Below, piece by piece: positions 1 through 10,951 of a stretch of 64,000 nucleotides of DNA. Position numbers and translations under genes: made by a program. The notes under the pieces are model-generated. The model was not told the DNA's origin. It was given only the letters and a program-made list of their open reading frames with translations, and did not search any database. Position 1 is the stretch's first letter. Every line of letters begins with the position of its first letter. Origin of the DNA: Squalus acanthias (lineage: Eukaryota); assembly GCA_030390025.1 (NCBI GenBank), contig CM059432.1:123320001-123384000 (forward strand). Direction: 5' to 3'.

Positions 1-425
1 GGGCGGGTTGCGAAACAGGCTACCGATTCGCAATCGTCCATTTTGCGCTACTGCCCAATGACCAATTTCATCTATTTATTCATTTGTAGCTTCCTTATCT
101 GTTCAATTTTGACTTGTCATGAAGGTGATAGTTGAGTCAACCAGGTGCAAGTGTAACACAGAGGCTCGGACTGTCTTCAGTTGTATTTCGGTAGTAATGG
201 GGCAGGAAAATGGGTAAAGGGCAGGTGCACCTGCTGCCATCGATAGGGACCACTTAAGGGATTTACTGTTGGAAATGTTGGTGGGCGTTGAAAGTAGGTG
301 ATAATGGCAGAGTGGCGTCATACATCACAATGTTAGACACTAATAATGCAAGCAGGTTACTGGAGTCCAGCATTACTAAGGGCCAGCAGGAAGCCCTTCA
401 AATTGTAAAGCCTCCTCTCCTTACA

Positions 426-1517
426 GCTGTAATTTTAATTTGGAGGTGGGTTGGGGGGCGCTAGAAAGTGGTTGGGAAACTCAGGAGAACGGATTTCCCA
501 CAGGCCCTACCGAATTTAACGGCAGGATCTGATTAACATTTCAAAGTTCTGTTTCCTGCCAACAGCGAGCCAGACGGAGAGGCTGGCTGGCTGTGGGTAG
601 GTAGGCCTGCGGCACTAGGCCACAGAGATGAGGGAGGGAGTGATTGGTGGGGGGGGGGCCGGGGTGAATCGGGGCCGGAGGAGGATCGGCTGAGGATGAA
701 TCAGGGGCAGGAGGAGGATCAGGGGGAGGATGAATCAGGGGCAGAGGAGGATCAGGGGGAGGATGAATCGGGGGCAGGAGGAGGATCAGGGGGAGGATGA
801 ATCGGGGGCAGGAGGAGGATCAGGGGGAGGATGAATCGGGGGCAGGAGGAGGATCAGGGGGAGGATGAATCAGGGGCAGGAGGAGGATCAGGGGGAGGAT
901 GAATCAGGGGCAGAGGAGGATCGAGGTGGTGAATTGGGGCCGGAGGAGGATCAGGGGGAGGTGGTCTGAGGCTGGAGGAGCATTGGGGGAGGTTGGGAAG
1001 GCTGGAGGAGGGAATCGGAGGCCTCGGGATGGGGGGGGGGAGGTCGCAGGGAGATCGGAGGCCTCGGTTGGGGGAAGGTAGGGGGGAGATCGGAGGTCTT
1101 GTGGGGGGGGGTTGGGATCGCCGGCCAACGGCGGGGGGGGAGGTGTGGTGGAGGGGGTCCGATCGCAGGGGATGGGTGAGGCAGGGATGCTCAATCCAGC
1201 AGGTAAGTGGAAAGGCACTTACCTCCTGGATCCAGCAGTCCTCGCCTCCCTTTAGCTGGCGGATTCCTGAGGCCCAGGAAACCGGACCAGGCAGAGGTAA
1301 ATTTGTAATGGTGGATCACCATGAGGCATGGAGCCTCATTATAATACTTAAATGGGCGACGCGCATCCTGGTTGGTTGCCCGCCCCCTCCGTCCGCCTCC
1401 GTTGAAACCGGAAGTGGGCAGGTTGGAGTCGGGTTAGGGGTTGGGATTCAGTTTTTTAACTCTTTAACCTTCCACCCGACCCCAACCCACCCATTTTTTA
1501 GGGTTAAAATTCCCTCC
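426..1517. mobile_element. Non-autonomous DNA transposon (Harbinger-type MITE) containing a minisatellite
   Basis: Degenerate inverted ends: ...aattttaatttggaggtgggttgggg and cccgaccccaacccaccc...ttaaaattccctcc. The right subterminus resembles that of the MITE at 41932-42626. Confidence 0.5.
661..960 (+). repeat. Purine-rich minisatellite, ~34-bp unit (ggggcaggaggaggatcagggggaggatgaatc[a/g]), about 8 copies
   Basis: The 'gaatc' anchor recurs at about 698, 732, 765, 799, 833, 867 and 901. Confidence 0.9.
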
Positions 1518-1577
1518 TAAATGTCTCGCAGGCAGCCATTTTCACCGCACTGGCACAGGCAGGAGATACTGCTGGGA

Positions 1578-1964
1578 TTCCACTTGAAGCTTAATTGAGG
1601 TGTATAAAATTTGAGAGGCCTAGATAGAGTGGATAGGAAGGACCTATTTCCCTTAGCAGAGAGGTCAGTAACCAGGGGGCATAGATTTAAAGTAATTGGT
1701 AGGAGGTTTAGAGGAGAGTTGAGGAGAACTTTTTTCACCCAGAGGGTGGTGGGGGTTTGGAACTCACTGCCTGAAAGGGTGGAAGAGGCAGAAACCCTCA
1801 TCACATTTAAAAAGTACTTGGATATGCACTTGAAGTGCTGTATCCTACAAGGCTACGGACCAAGAGCTGGAAAGTGGGATTAGGCTGGATAGCTCGTTGT
1901 CGGCCGGCACAGACACAATGGGCCGAATGGCCTCCTTCTGTGCCATAAATTTCTATGATTCTAT
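1578..1964 (+). mobile_element. CR1 LINE 3' end (ORF2 C-terminus, 3' UTR and (ATTCTATG)n tail)
   Basis: ORF 1611-1883 contains TRGHRFK...FFTQRVVGVWNSLP. The 3' UTR reads gggccgaatggcctccttctgtg. The tail resumes at 2691 after a MITE. Confidence 0.9.
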
Positions 1965-2690
1965 GGGGGAAAAATTTGGTATTGACCATTTCGCTAATTA
2001 GTGCCGGCGACCGCGAAATTGAATTTTAATGCCCCAAGAGGGAAGTGGAGCGCTAAATCAAGCGCTCCTCTGCCTTCTTAGGGTGCTAATGTCGGAGAGC
2101 GGGGCGGGGACTTCAGCAGCGCTGCACTCTGGGCCGTGCAGCGCTGCCGCGTTCAAAGGTTCCTTCCCTCCCTTAAAGGGAAGGGCCATCACTGCAGGCT
2201 CTGTAATTTAAAAAGTACCTACCTGGACCCCCAAGGCAGCTGCGATCCCGCGTGATCAGCCCGGCACTCAAGCAGAGTGCTGGGCTGATCGATCGTGGGC
2301 AGGAACCTGTGAAAAAACCTGGAACATCAAAAGTAAGTTTTTGTTTTACTTACCTCGGCCACCTCGCCCCCGAAGCGGCCGGCCACCCGATGCACGCCTC
2401 CTGCAGCTGTCGGTATTTTCGACCGGCGCTGCTGCAGGGGGCGGAAGTCAATTTCGGGGGCGGAAGTCAATTTCGGGTCTGGGGCACTACCGGGGCGATG
2501 CGCACGGCAATGACGTCACAATCTCCGGGCGAAGGAGATCGGGGCGCAACACCGTAGCGCTGCCGCAAAACTCCGGCGAATATGGCGGGGGTCGAAGACA
2601 GCGCCGCGCCCAGTCGCAAAGCCATTTGTGCCTCGTTAGCGCTCCCCGGGTGTGCTAACGGGAGGCGCAAAGGCACCCAATTTCACCCCT
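1965..2690. mobile_element. CpG-rich Harbinger-type MITE inserted in the CR1 tail
   Basis: Ends GGGGGAAAAATTTGG and CCCAATTTCACCCCT; TAT duplicated at 1962-1964 and 2691-2693. Same family as 21902-22794, in the opposite orientation. Confidence 0.75.
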
Positions 2691-3009
2691 TATGATTCTA
2701 TTCTATGAATCAAGTAAGTGAGGCTGACCCCAGCAAATCTCCCAGCAATAAAAGCTGATCATCATGCTACATAAATGGAGAAGCTTATGAACTTCAGAGT
2801 TTTTCACAGTAGTGAGAGGTTTTTCTTAATAGCAAATGCATTACTTCATGTCAGATCTATTGATTCATTAAGCAATAAATAACCTTTAAAATTATTTCCC
2901 TTGGGTTCACTGGCCTGTGGTTTATGTTCATAACAAATTCTAAGCCTGGTTAGGATTACAAGTTGGTATCAGAATCACTTTTTATGCAATAGCAACTTGC
3001 CGTAGTGGG

Positions 3010-4050
3010 AGTGAGGCAACAGTGGATGCAGGCGATGTTACAGAGTTGAAAATAGGTGGGCTAAGGTGCGCAGGTTTGAATTTGAACTCGGGGTAAAACA
3101 GGACAGTGTGTTAAGTTCATGCTGAGTGAACAGCTGGGGAGCTGGGTGGAATCCAAAGTTAGGTGCAGAATTTTTGGTGGGTGCCAAACACGGTAGCATA
3201 AGTCTTCCCAAATCTTACATTGAAGAAAATGTTCCTTCATTCTTGACGTCAGTCAAGTAATCAGACAGCACAGTGGTGGTTGTGGAGTCAAGGGTGGTGA
3301 TGGAGGATAGAGTTGGGTGACATCAGCCAAGATAAGTAAGCAAACCCCAGGCCTGCGAATGGTGTTGCCAAGGGGAGTAGGAGACATGGAAAGAGGAGAT
3401 GAAGGATGCAAATTGTGACAGGCAGGAGTGGAACTATGTGACACTAGTGTCACGGAGGTCGACCACATAGAAGGATGGAGTGATTGGCCATGTCGAACAC
3501 CACATGGAGATGGAGGAGGACAAGAAGGAATGGAGCACCACAGTTGCAAGCACAAAGGATGCATGGGTGACTTTGGCAAGGGCCGTCTCGGTGCTTTGAG
3601 CAGGAAATGATAGAAGTGGCGACAAAGCATTTGAGAGCCTTAGATAGGAAAGGGAGGTTGGAGATAGGGTGGTAATTGAAGTGGTTAGAGGGATCGAGAG
3701 TGGGCCTTTTGAGGAGTGGGTTGCTGATGGTCGTCTTGAAGAATGGGGAACAAAACCTGAGGAAAAGGAGCAATTGATGAAACTGATGGGCACTGGACCA
3801 AAGAGAAGTAGTTGTGTGGTGATGAAGTGGGTTGGGAGGGGAGCAAAGATGCAGGAGGTGGATCTTAAGGAGTAAATGAGCTGATGTTGGGGGGTGGGAG
3901 GGGTTGGGAGAGAAGCTATGGAGTGATATGTGGTCGAAAAGAGGTATGAAGTACACTGGGGTGATTAGGAATGGTGAATGAGAGCGGGAGGAAGCAGCTG
4001 AGGTGGCCAAGTGAACAGTCTTGATCTTCAAGATGATAAAATCTATGAGC
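3010..4050 (-). mobile_element. Decayed L2-clade LINE reverse transcriptase fragment
   Basis: Minus-strand ORF contains PLLKRPTLDPSNHFNYHPISNLPFLSKAL, followed by the STETALAKV motif. Confidence 0.75.
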
Positions 4051-4670
4051 TCTTTACACTTGATGTTCACAAACATTTCTCGCTTAAATCATCTGTTTGG
4101 GATATGGTTAGACCATTTGCTGGACTTTATTAGTTCATCACAAAACCTAATAGAAACCATTCTAACAAATAATAAATTCACTTCAAGTTGGGACTTATTG
4201 GGGGAAAAATTCATGTTTGCCAGCAAAGTTGTCGGTGTCACCAGCAACTGGAGTTAACGGCCGCTGGAAATGGCCGCAATGCTAACCGAGTGAAATTGGT
4301 CTGGGGGGCATGGAGATAGGTGACGCAGCGCTCACCTTCCGTGCAACGCCATCCTGGTGGTGTTGCTGGAGGGATCCGGAATGAAGTTTCTGTCCAGTTC
4401 GGGTGTTGCAGCTTCCCACAGCCTCTGTGAGTGAAGCTGTGGAGCTCGCAAGGAATTGTGGGCAATGAAGAGGTCTGAGAATTAAAGGGGCCATGCACAC
4501 TGAAGCATGACAAAATAAAAAGCAGTGAATCAATACATATTTCAGAACTTTCTGCCTTTTAAAAAATACTCAACATTTAAAAGAAGTTTCAAATGTGAAT
4601 ATTCAGCTCTTAAAGCTGAATTACCTTCCTAACCTCAAAAAATGGGAAAAGTGTTTAAGCACAAACACAA

Positions 4671-4900
4671 ATGGCTCAGCAAGCCATGGAAGGGGCACCC
4701 AGAGTCTCGCACGCAGCACTCCAGCTTTGTGCAGTGGGTCAATACTGCAAGACTAGCCCTCTACCCACAAGGGCCAGGAGGCCCTCCAGAAAGAAGGATG
4801 TGGGACCAGATCACCGAGGCCGTCACTGCCAGCAGAGTCGCTCCCACGACCTGGCCCCAGTGCCCAAAGAAGCTTCATGACCTCAGATCACTGGTTAAGG
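4671..4900 (+). pseudogene. Harbinger Myb/SANT-like DNA-binding protein, frameshifted
   Basis: MAQQAMEGAPRVSHAAL joins by frameshift to LYP...RRMWDQITEAVTASRVAPTTWPQCPKKLHDL, which fits the W..IA..V.......RT..QC.KK..DL pattern. It is followed by a gtcagt/gtgaat donor-like sequence. Confidence 0.7.
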
Positions 4901-5786
4901 TCAGTGAATGCATCTTCAAAAGCCATCTCCTACCAACTGCACCACTAGCCTCACACACTGCTCAATGCACAACCCCCAATCACTCACCTACCAACAATCT
5001 GCACCAATGACGAGGCACATCTCCCATTCCTAGCCTCACCTCACCCCCTTGGAGGAGACGGTGCAGGCCATTCTTGTCAGGGGCATGGCTGAGCCCTTGG
5101 GCAGAGGCGGGGCAGAAAGGATACAAGATGCTGGTATCCTCGCATGTTAGCCTCCTTCTGGCATGCTTTCCCGCCCTCCCCTCACCACAACTCCACCCTA
5201 GTGCCTTCCTCATTTCACACACCCAAGAAATGCAGCTTGCCCAGCCAGTGGGTCAACAAGAAGAGGGAGAGGAGAGTGAAGAAGAACAAGAACAGAAGAA
5301 GATTGATTTGACACTCCCAGCCACCAGCTCCTCAAGTTCAACCAGCAAGGACATTTGCCTTGTCCCCCACTGAAAGTCAGCAGCCTTCCACCAGCCATGC
5401 TGCAGCCACTGGGGCATGACATCAGTAGGATAAGATAAAGCACACACAAGACACTCACTAAGAGAGATGCATACGGGGGATGAGTTGATTCCTTGATGTC
5501 ACATTGGATGGATAGACGTATATAGGTAGATTGGAAAGTTTGCTTTGTGGTGGCTTTTATTTCAGCATCATGGCCAAGAAGACATTGTGATCGTCAGTAA
5601 CAGATGGAAGGCAAAGGTGTGGGACTAATATTGAAAGGCAAATTGAGGCTGTGGTCACTGGGACTGCAGGCAGATGATTCCGGCCCAGATATCCTAGCCA
5701 CACATGGGCTGTCTGGGATGCATCCTTCCATCTGCTTCCTCCTCTTCCTCTTCGCTCTGCAAGCGGATGCTATAAATGTGAAATGA

Positions 5787-5910
5787 CAGCATAAAATGCT
5801 AGAAATACTCAGCTGGTCTGGCAGCATCTTGACCTGAGATGTGAACTCTGTTTCTCTCTCTACGGATGTTGCCTGACCTGCTGATTATTCGCAGCATGTT
5901 CTGTCTTCTC
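5787..5910. mobile_element. Short decayed inverted Penelope terminal remnant
   Basis: aaatgctagaaatactcagc..ggcagcatc faces ...tctctctacggatgttgcctgacctgctga; homologous to the ends of the 35090-36873 element. Confidence 0.6.
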
Positions 5911-6464
5911 AAAGGACTTGATTTACCATCCAAGGCCTTGCAAGCATCCAGCAGCACGCCCTATACACTTAAAAAAACTTTTCACATCCATTGCAGCAAG
6001 CCACCACTTCGATAAAATCAAAAAAACCCAGTCCCAGCCCTCAAATTCAAACTTACCTGAATGTTGTGTGTGTCCCTTTAAGAGGTCCAGACATCGCCAC
6101 TGTCAACCTGTTTGCACGCCAGGTTAACCTGCCGTGCTTAGGACCCAGTGCTGAATTCAGCGCTAGGGTCGAAGTTCGTGCTTGTGACGTAAAGTCGATG
6201 TTGCATGCCAATTTACGTCACAACGCTGCCATTTTGTCCAGCATGGCGCTGCCAGTTACTGGCAGCACAAACGTAAGGACAAAAACAGCAGCTGCCGCGG
6301 GAACCGCAAGCGCCTGCCGAAAGAGCGGCGGCCGCCGTGTTAGCGCCATTTAATGACGCTATGGAGTGGTGCCTAGGCCACGAATTTCTTGCCCATTCTG
6401 TTTCCACATGTTTACAATTTATCCCTATGCAAAAAAAGCTCTCCATAGAATTGAGCAGATAGGT

Positions 6465-6752
6465 ATGGTAAACTAATGGTTATAACACTGGACTAGCAAC
6501 CCAGCGGTTATGAGATTAAATCCCACCATGGCAAGTTACAAAACTGAATTCAATAAATCTGGTATTATTTGAGTTATCAGTAGAAAATGGCTATTGAAGC
6601 TGCTGGACGTTGTTAACTGGTAAAAGGAAGAGAAACTCTATCCCATCTGGCCTACATTTGACTCCAATCCCATATTATGTGGTTCACTCTTATTGCTCTC
6701 AAGGCAAGTAGAGATGGGCAATAACTGTAGCCTTCTCAGTGCTACCCACATT
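6465..6752 (+). mobile_element. Decayed tRNA-headed SINE (short derivative of the LINE at 52942-56216)
   Basis: Shares actggactag...aaatcccaccatggc...ctggcctacatttgactcc...gatgggcaataa with 8852-9285. Confidence 0.65.
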
Positions 6753-7253
6753 CATAGAATCATATAGAATCATATAGAAATTTACGACACAGAAGGAGGC
6801 CATTCTGCCCGTTGTGTCTGTGCCGGCCGAAAAAGAGCTATCCAGCCTAATCCCACTTTCCAGCTCTTCGCCCGTAGCCTTGTAGGTTATGGCACTTCAA
6901 GTGCATATCCAAGTACTTTTTAAATGTGATGAGGGTTTCTGCCTCTACCATCCTTTCAGGCAGTGAGTTCCAGACCCCCACCACCCTCTGGGTGAAAAAA
7001 ATTCTCCTCAACTCCCCTCTAATCCTTCCACCAATCACTTTAAATCTATGCCCCCTGGTTATTGACCCTTCTGCTGAGAGAAATAGGTCCTTCCTATCCA
7101 CTCTATCTAGGCCTCTCACAATTTTATACACCTCAATCAAGTTTCCCCTCAGCCTCCTCTGTTCCAAAGAAAACAACCCCAGCCTATCCAATCTTTCCTC
7201 ATAGCTAAAATTCCCCAGCCCAGGCAACATCCTCGTAAATCTCCTCTGTGCCC
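6753..7253 (-). mobile_element. CR1 LINE 3' end
   Basis: Minus ORF 6847-7383 has QRRFTRMLPGL..SYEERLDRLGLFSLEQRRLRG...WNSLP; tail (catagaat)n at about 6753-6780. Confidence 0.9.
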
Positions 7254-7943
7254 TTGCACCCAAAAGAACCAACTTAATTTTAAGAGCCTCCTCGAAGAAC
7301 AAATAAAAATAATGTCCAGTGGAGTGGGGCTGAGAGATGGCTGAGCCTACAGCTGAACAGTAAAAATGAAAGCAAAAAGCCATGATTGGCTGGTCTTTCT
7401 GGCATTTGCTCTTGACCAGTTTACAGAGGGCACTGGCAGCAAACTAGCCTCTTGGCTGCAGTGTTTGGCCAGGTGCATGCAGAAAAGGGCACTAAATAAT
7501 GGGGGAAATTTACCTGGATTTCCATTTTGAACTGAATTTGTTTTATGCAGCTTTTTTTCTATGAAGTTTGTTTTGGACATTAAGTACGTTGCATAGATAT
7601 TGCATCAGTGTATTACAATTCCAGTTATCACCAACATACCAGATTATTCTATTAGGAGCTTGAGAAACAAGCTCAACACATTCGACAGTCAACCAAGCCG
7701 CTGTCTCACCTCCAGTAGATCTAACAGTAGAACTGTAATTGAAACAGTCCCACACAGACATGTCTACTTGGTTGCCCAATTAAACATGTCGGCCTGGAGT
7801 TTCCGCTCAGTTTTGCTGGGTTTCTTGGCCAAATACGCCTGAAATCGGCCAAACCAGCGCAAAAGATCACGGAACTTTAAGCGCAAATTATGTTTAGCGC
7901 AAATTGAGTTTCCGCAATCTTCTGCGCTGGTTTAAAAAACATT

Positions 7944-8808
7944 GGGCTGGATTTTACCAGCCCTGAGGAGGTGGATCTGGAGGCGGGACTGCTAGGAAAA
8001 TCCCCCAAAATGGGAGCGGGTCCCAAACCCGCTCCCAACTCGCCTCCAGCCAATATTCCTGGGAGTCGGGTCCCCGATTTGCGCAGGGTCCCGACTCCTA
8101 GAGGCGGGAAGAGGATTACAGCCACTTAACTGCCTGTTAACAGGTACTTAACAGGCAGTTAAGAGGCTTTTTACCATTTTGAGCCTTCTGCTGCAGGCTT
8201 CCCGACGTTGGGGAACCTCGCCAGGGTAAATGAGGCGTGAAGTGGGTGTACTGTAATTTTTGTGTATATACGACAGCTGCAGAAGTGGTTTAAAGGATTC
8301 AATGGGACACTGGTGAGTATCAGAGGTAAGAAAAGTTATGAAAGTAATTTTTATTGTGTTTAGATGTTTCTGCAGGTGACAAGCTGTGAAGTGTTTGTGT
8401 AGCCTCATCTCATCGGGAGAAGTGACAGGTGGCTTCTGCAATCTCAGCTGCAGCTGCCATCTGTTTTATCCTAAGGAGAAAGTAATGGAGAGCATGGGTG
8501 CAAGGGCTCATCTTTGGACAGTGATTGTCAGTGTTTGACAGCACCTCAATGCTGTCAAACACTGTCAAATCATCTGTCAAACAAGTGTGGTGCATATGCC
8601 TTTAAGAAAACTGGCAGATGAAGCGTCATCAACTGACGTCATCTGACACCAGCTTTCCCTTAATTGGCCGGCAAGCCCGCAGGGCGGGCATAACAAGGCC
8701 AATCAGGGCAAAATAGCGTCAGCTCATCAGACGTCGCTGGGGGCGGGACTGGAACTCGAAAACCAACAGTCCCGCCTCGAACTCGGCCTTCCAGATAAGA
8801 TTCCACCC
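7944..8808. mobile_element. Nested Harbinger-type MITE
   Basis: Ends GGGCTGGATTTTA and TAAGATTCCACCC; ATT TSD at 7941-7943 and 8809-8811. Confidence 0.7.
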
Positions 8809-8851
8809 ATTGTGTTAGAAGTCGGCCCCGCCCCCAGATCGAATTAATCAG

Positions 8852-9285
8852 GTTATAGTAGCATAATGGTTATGTTACTGGACTGGTAATCCAGAGGCCC
8901 GGACTAATGAGCCAGAAGACCAGAGTTCAAATCCCAGCATGGCAGCTGGGGAATTCAAATTCAAAATAATTAAATAAAATCTGGAATAAAAAGCTAGTAC
9001 CAGTAATGGTGACCATGAAACTATCGGATTGTCGTAAAAACCCATCTGGTTCACTAATGTCCCTTTAGGGAAGGAAATCTGCCGTCCTTACCCGGTCTGG
9101 CCTATATGTGACTCCAGACCCACAGCAATGTGGTTGAGTCTTAACTGCCCTCTGAAATGGCCTAGCAAGCCACTCAGTTGTTTTCAAGGAATGGCTCACC
9201 ACCACCCTCGAGGGCAATTAGGGATGGGCAATAAATGCTGGCCTTGCCAGCGACACCCAGATCCCATGAATAAATTAAAAAAAAA
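8852..9285 (+). mobile_element. tRNA-headed SINE sharing both ends with the LINE at 52942-56216
   Basis: A box TAGCATAATGG (8859-8869) and B box GAGTTCAAATCCC (8923-8935). The 3' part matches the LINE ORF2 end and 3' UTR (gggcaattagggatgggcaataaatgc), followed by an A-rich tail. Confidence 0.85.
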
Positions 9286-10951
9286 TCCATGACAAGTTTC
9301 CACTAATTGTACCTGTTTGCGGGGCTTCGAGGAGGGTCTTAAAATTAAGCTGGTTCTTTTGGGTGCAAAGACACGAATTTAAAAGCTTTTGAATATTTTT
9401 TAAATTTACTAAGAAGCTGACTACTGTACACCAATGAAACTAGTTAATGTTTCTGTATAGTTTTGTAAAGTCATTTTCAGTTATTTAAAATCAGGTTACT
9501 CACAGGTGGTGGACTAGATACTCTGATTAAAAATACTTATTTTTTATGATAAACCCATTTTCAGCTGTATTAATAAAACTGCACCAGGTTGCCACTCTTA
9601 AATAGATTAAGGAATATTTTTTAAAGCCAAACATTTATTTTTTTAATACGATCTAAAACGCTGCCCGATTGCACTGGTTCATGGCAGACGTTATGTTCGG
9701 CGAAGTGCAAATGAGTTTGAGCAGAAACTTTCAGGCAAAAAAACTTCTCAAAACGAATACGATTTTGGGTGCGATTGAGCCCAAAGCAGAAACTCAACCC
9801 CATCATAATTGCGCAAAAGTAAAAAAAAACCTTCATCAAAGCGAGGAAAAAGAGGATGTAATTTAAAGCATTCTTTATATTATGCGGCAAATCCATCTGT
9901 ACTGCACCATCTAAAATAACCCAGGATCTGGGCAGATGTTATCTCACAGGCTGATGTGCTGAAAGGTCCTACATTGCAACCCGATATCCATTGCGGTCAT
10001 ACGTGACATACTGAGCCCTTACTCCAGATTGTTGTTTCTAGCACCAGCTCGCGTGTGATAATATTGCTAACAATGTCTTCTCCATGCACAGTTACTTCAT
10101 GATGTACTATGGCACCCCTTCAACAGCAAAGAATATCAGGCGGGGATGTAAAACGGGCGGCCGTTCCAATTTCACCCATTTTGCGCTTCCGCCGATGGCC
10201 AATTCCACCCCTTTTGTCTGGATTTGGCTTGGAGGCTGTCCCTTTAAATGTAGCCACAATACATACGAATTTCAAAGCCAGCTGCAGTCAAATTCCATCC
10301 CTCAGTCGAGATCAATACAAATGCTTCGAGGAGGGTTTGAGCAGCTTTTTGAGCTATTTGGCACGAGGAGCCAAACCGCATTCAACAAACATACTACGTG
10401 ACTTGTTCAGTTACGTGAAAGGCCGACAGTGATTTCTGAATCAGTTGTCAGTTACTCAATTCTATCATTGTTGGGCTGAGTGGAAATGAACTGAAAGCAT
10501 CTGCTAGGAACTTTCAAAAGTTAAGTCAGGCAAGTTCAGCTTCTGCCATGATAATAAAAGTCTAAGAAAAGAATCACAGTGTAGACTTTTTTTTTAATCA
10601 AAAGTACAATAATTTAGTATAGGATTGTGACCTTTTATTACTTTTCTTTTTGAGGAGCTAGATAGTATAACTTCTACTGTAAATATAAATGTGTTATTGT
10701 TATTTATTTACTTGTGCATCTTAAACTTAATAAGTGTACTTGATAGTTCAAAGCTAAAAAATAAAGTTGTAACACTGTGGAGACACTGGTGAATTCCAAT
10801 AGCTAAAAATAATCATCAGGAAGATTTTTCCATTTGTTATTCTAGGCATGTTACTGAAACCTTATCTAGATAGCAAAGCTAGTGAAGATACTCTCAAAGT
10901 AGTAGGGAGTTGGGATTCACTTAAAAAAGTAATCTAAAAATATGTACAGAT

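Larger units (their letters stand above)
4200..6394. mobile_element. PIF/Harbinger transposon remnant with Myb/SANT ORF
   Basis: Terminal inverted repeats (TIRs) GGGGGAAAAATTCATG and CACGAATTTCTTGCCC; ATT TSD at 4197-4199 and 6395-6397; internal Myb-like coding sequence. Confidence 0.75.
7791..9801. mobile_element. Harbinger-type MITE hosting two nested insertions
   Basis: Ends GGCCTGGAGTTTCCGC and GCAGAAACTCAACCCC. A related right end occurs at about 58030-58204. Confidence 0.6.

Noticed and set aside
661..960. CRISPR-like array
   Set aside because: Head-to-tail tandem units with no unique spacers, no cas genes, and a vertebrate context.
10084..10432. Two overlapping ~105-aa ORFs
   Set aside because: They overlap a small repeat fragment near their starts and show no recognisable domain.
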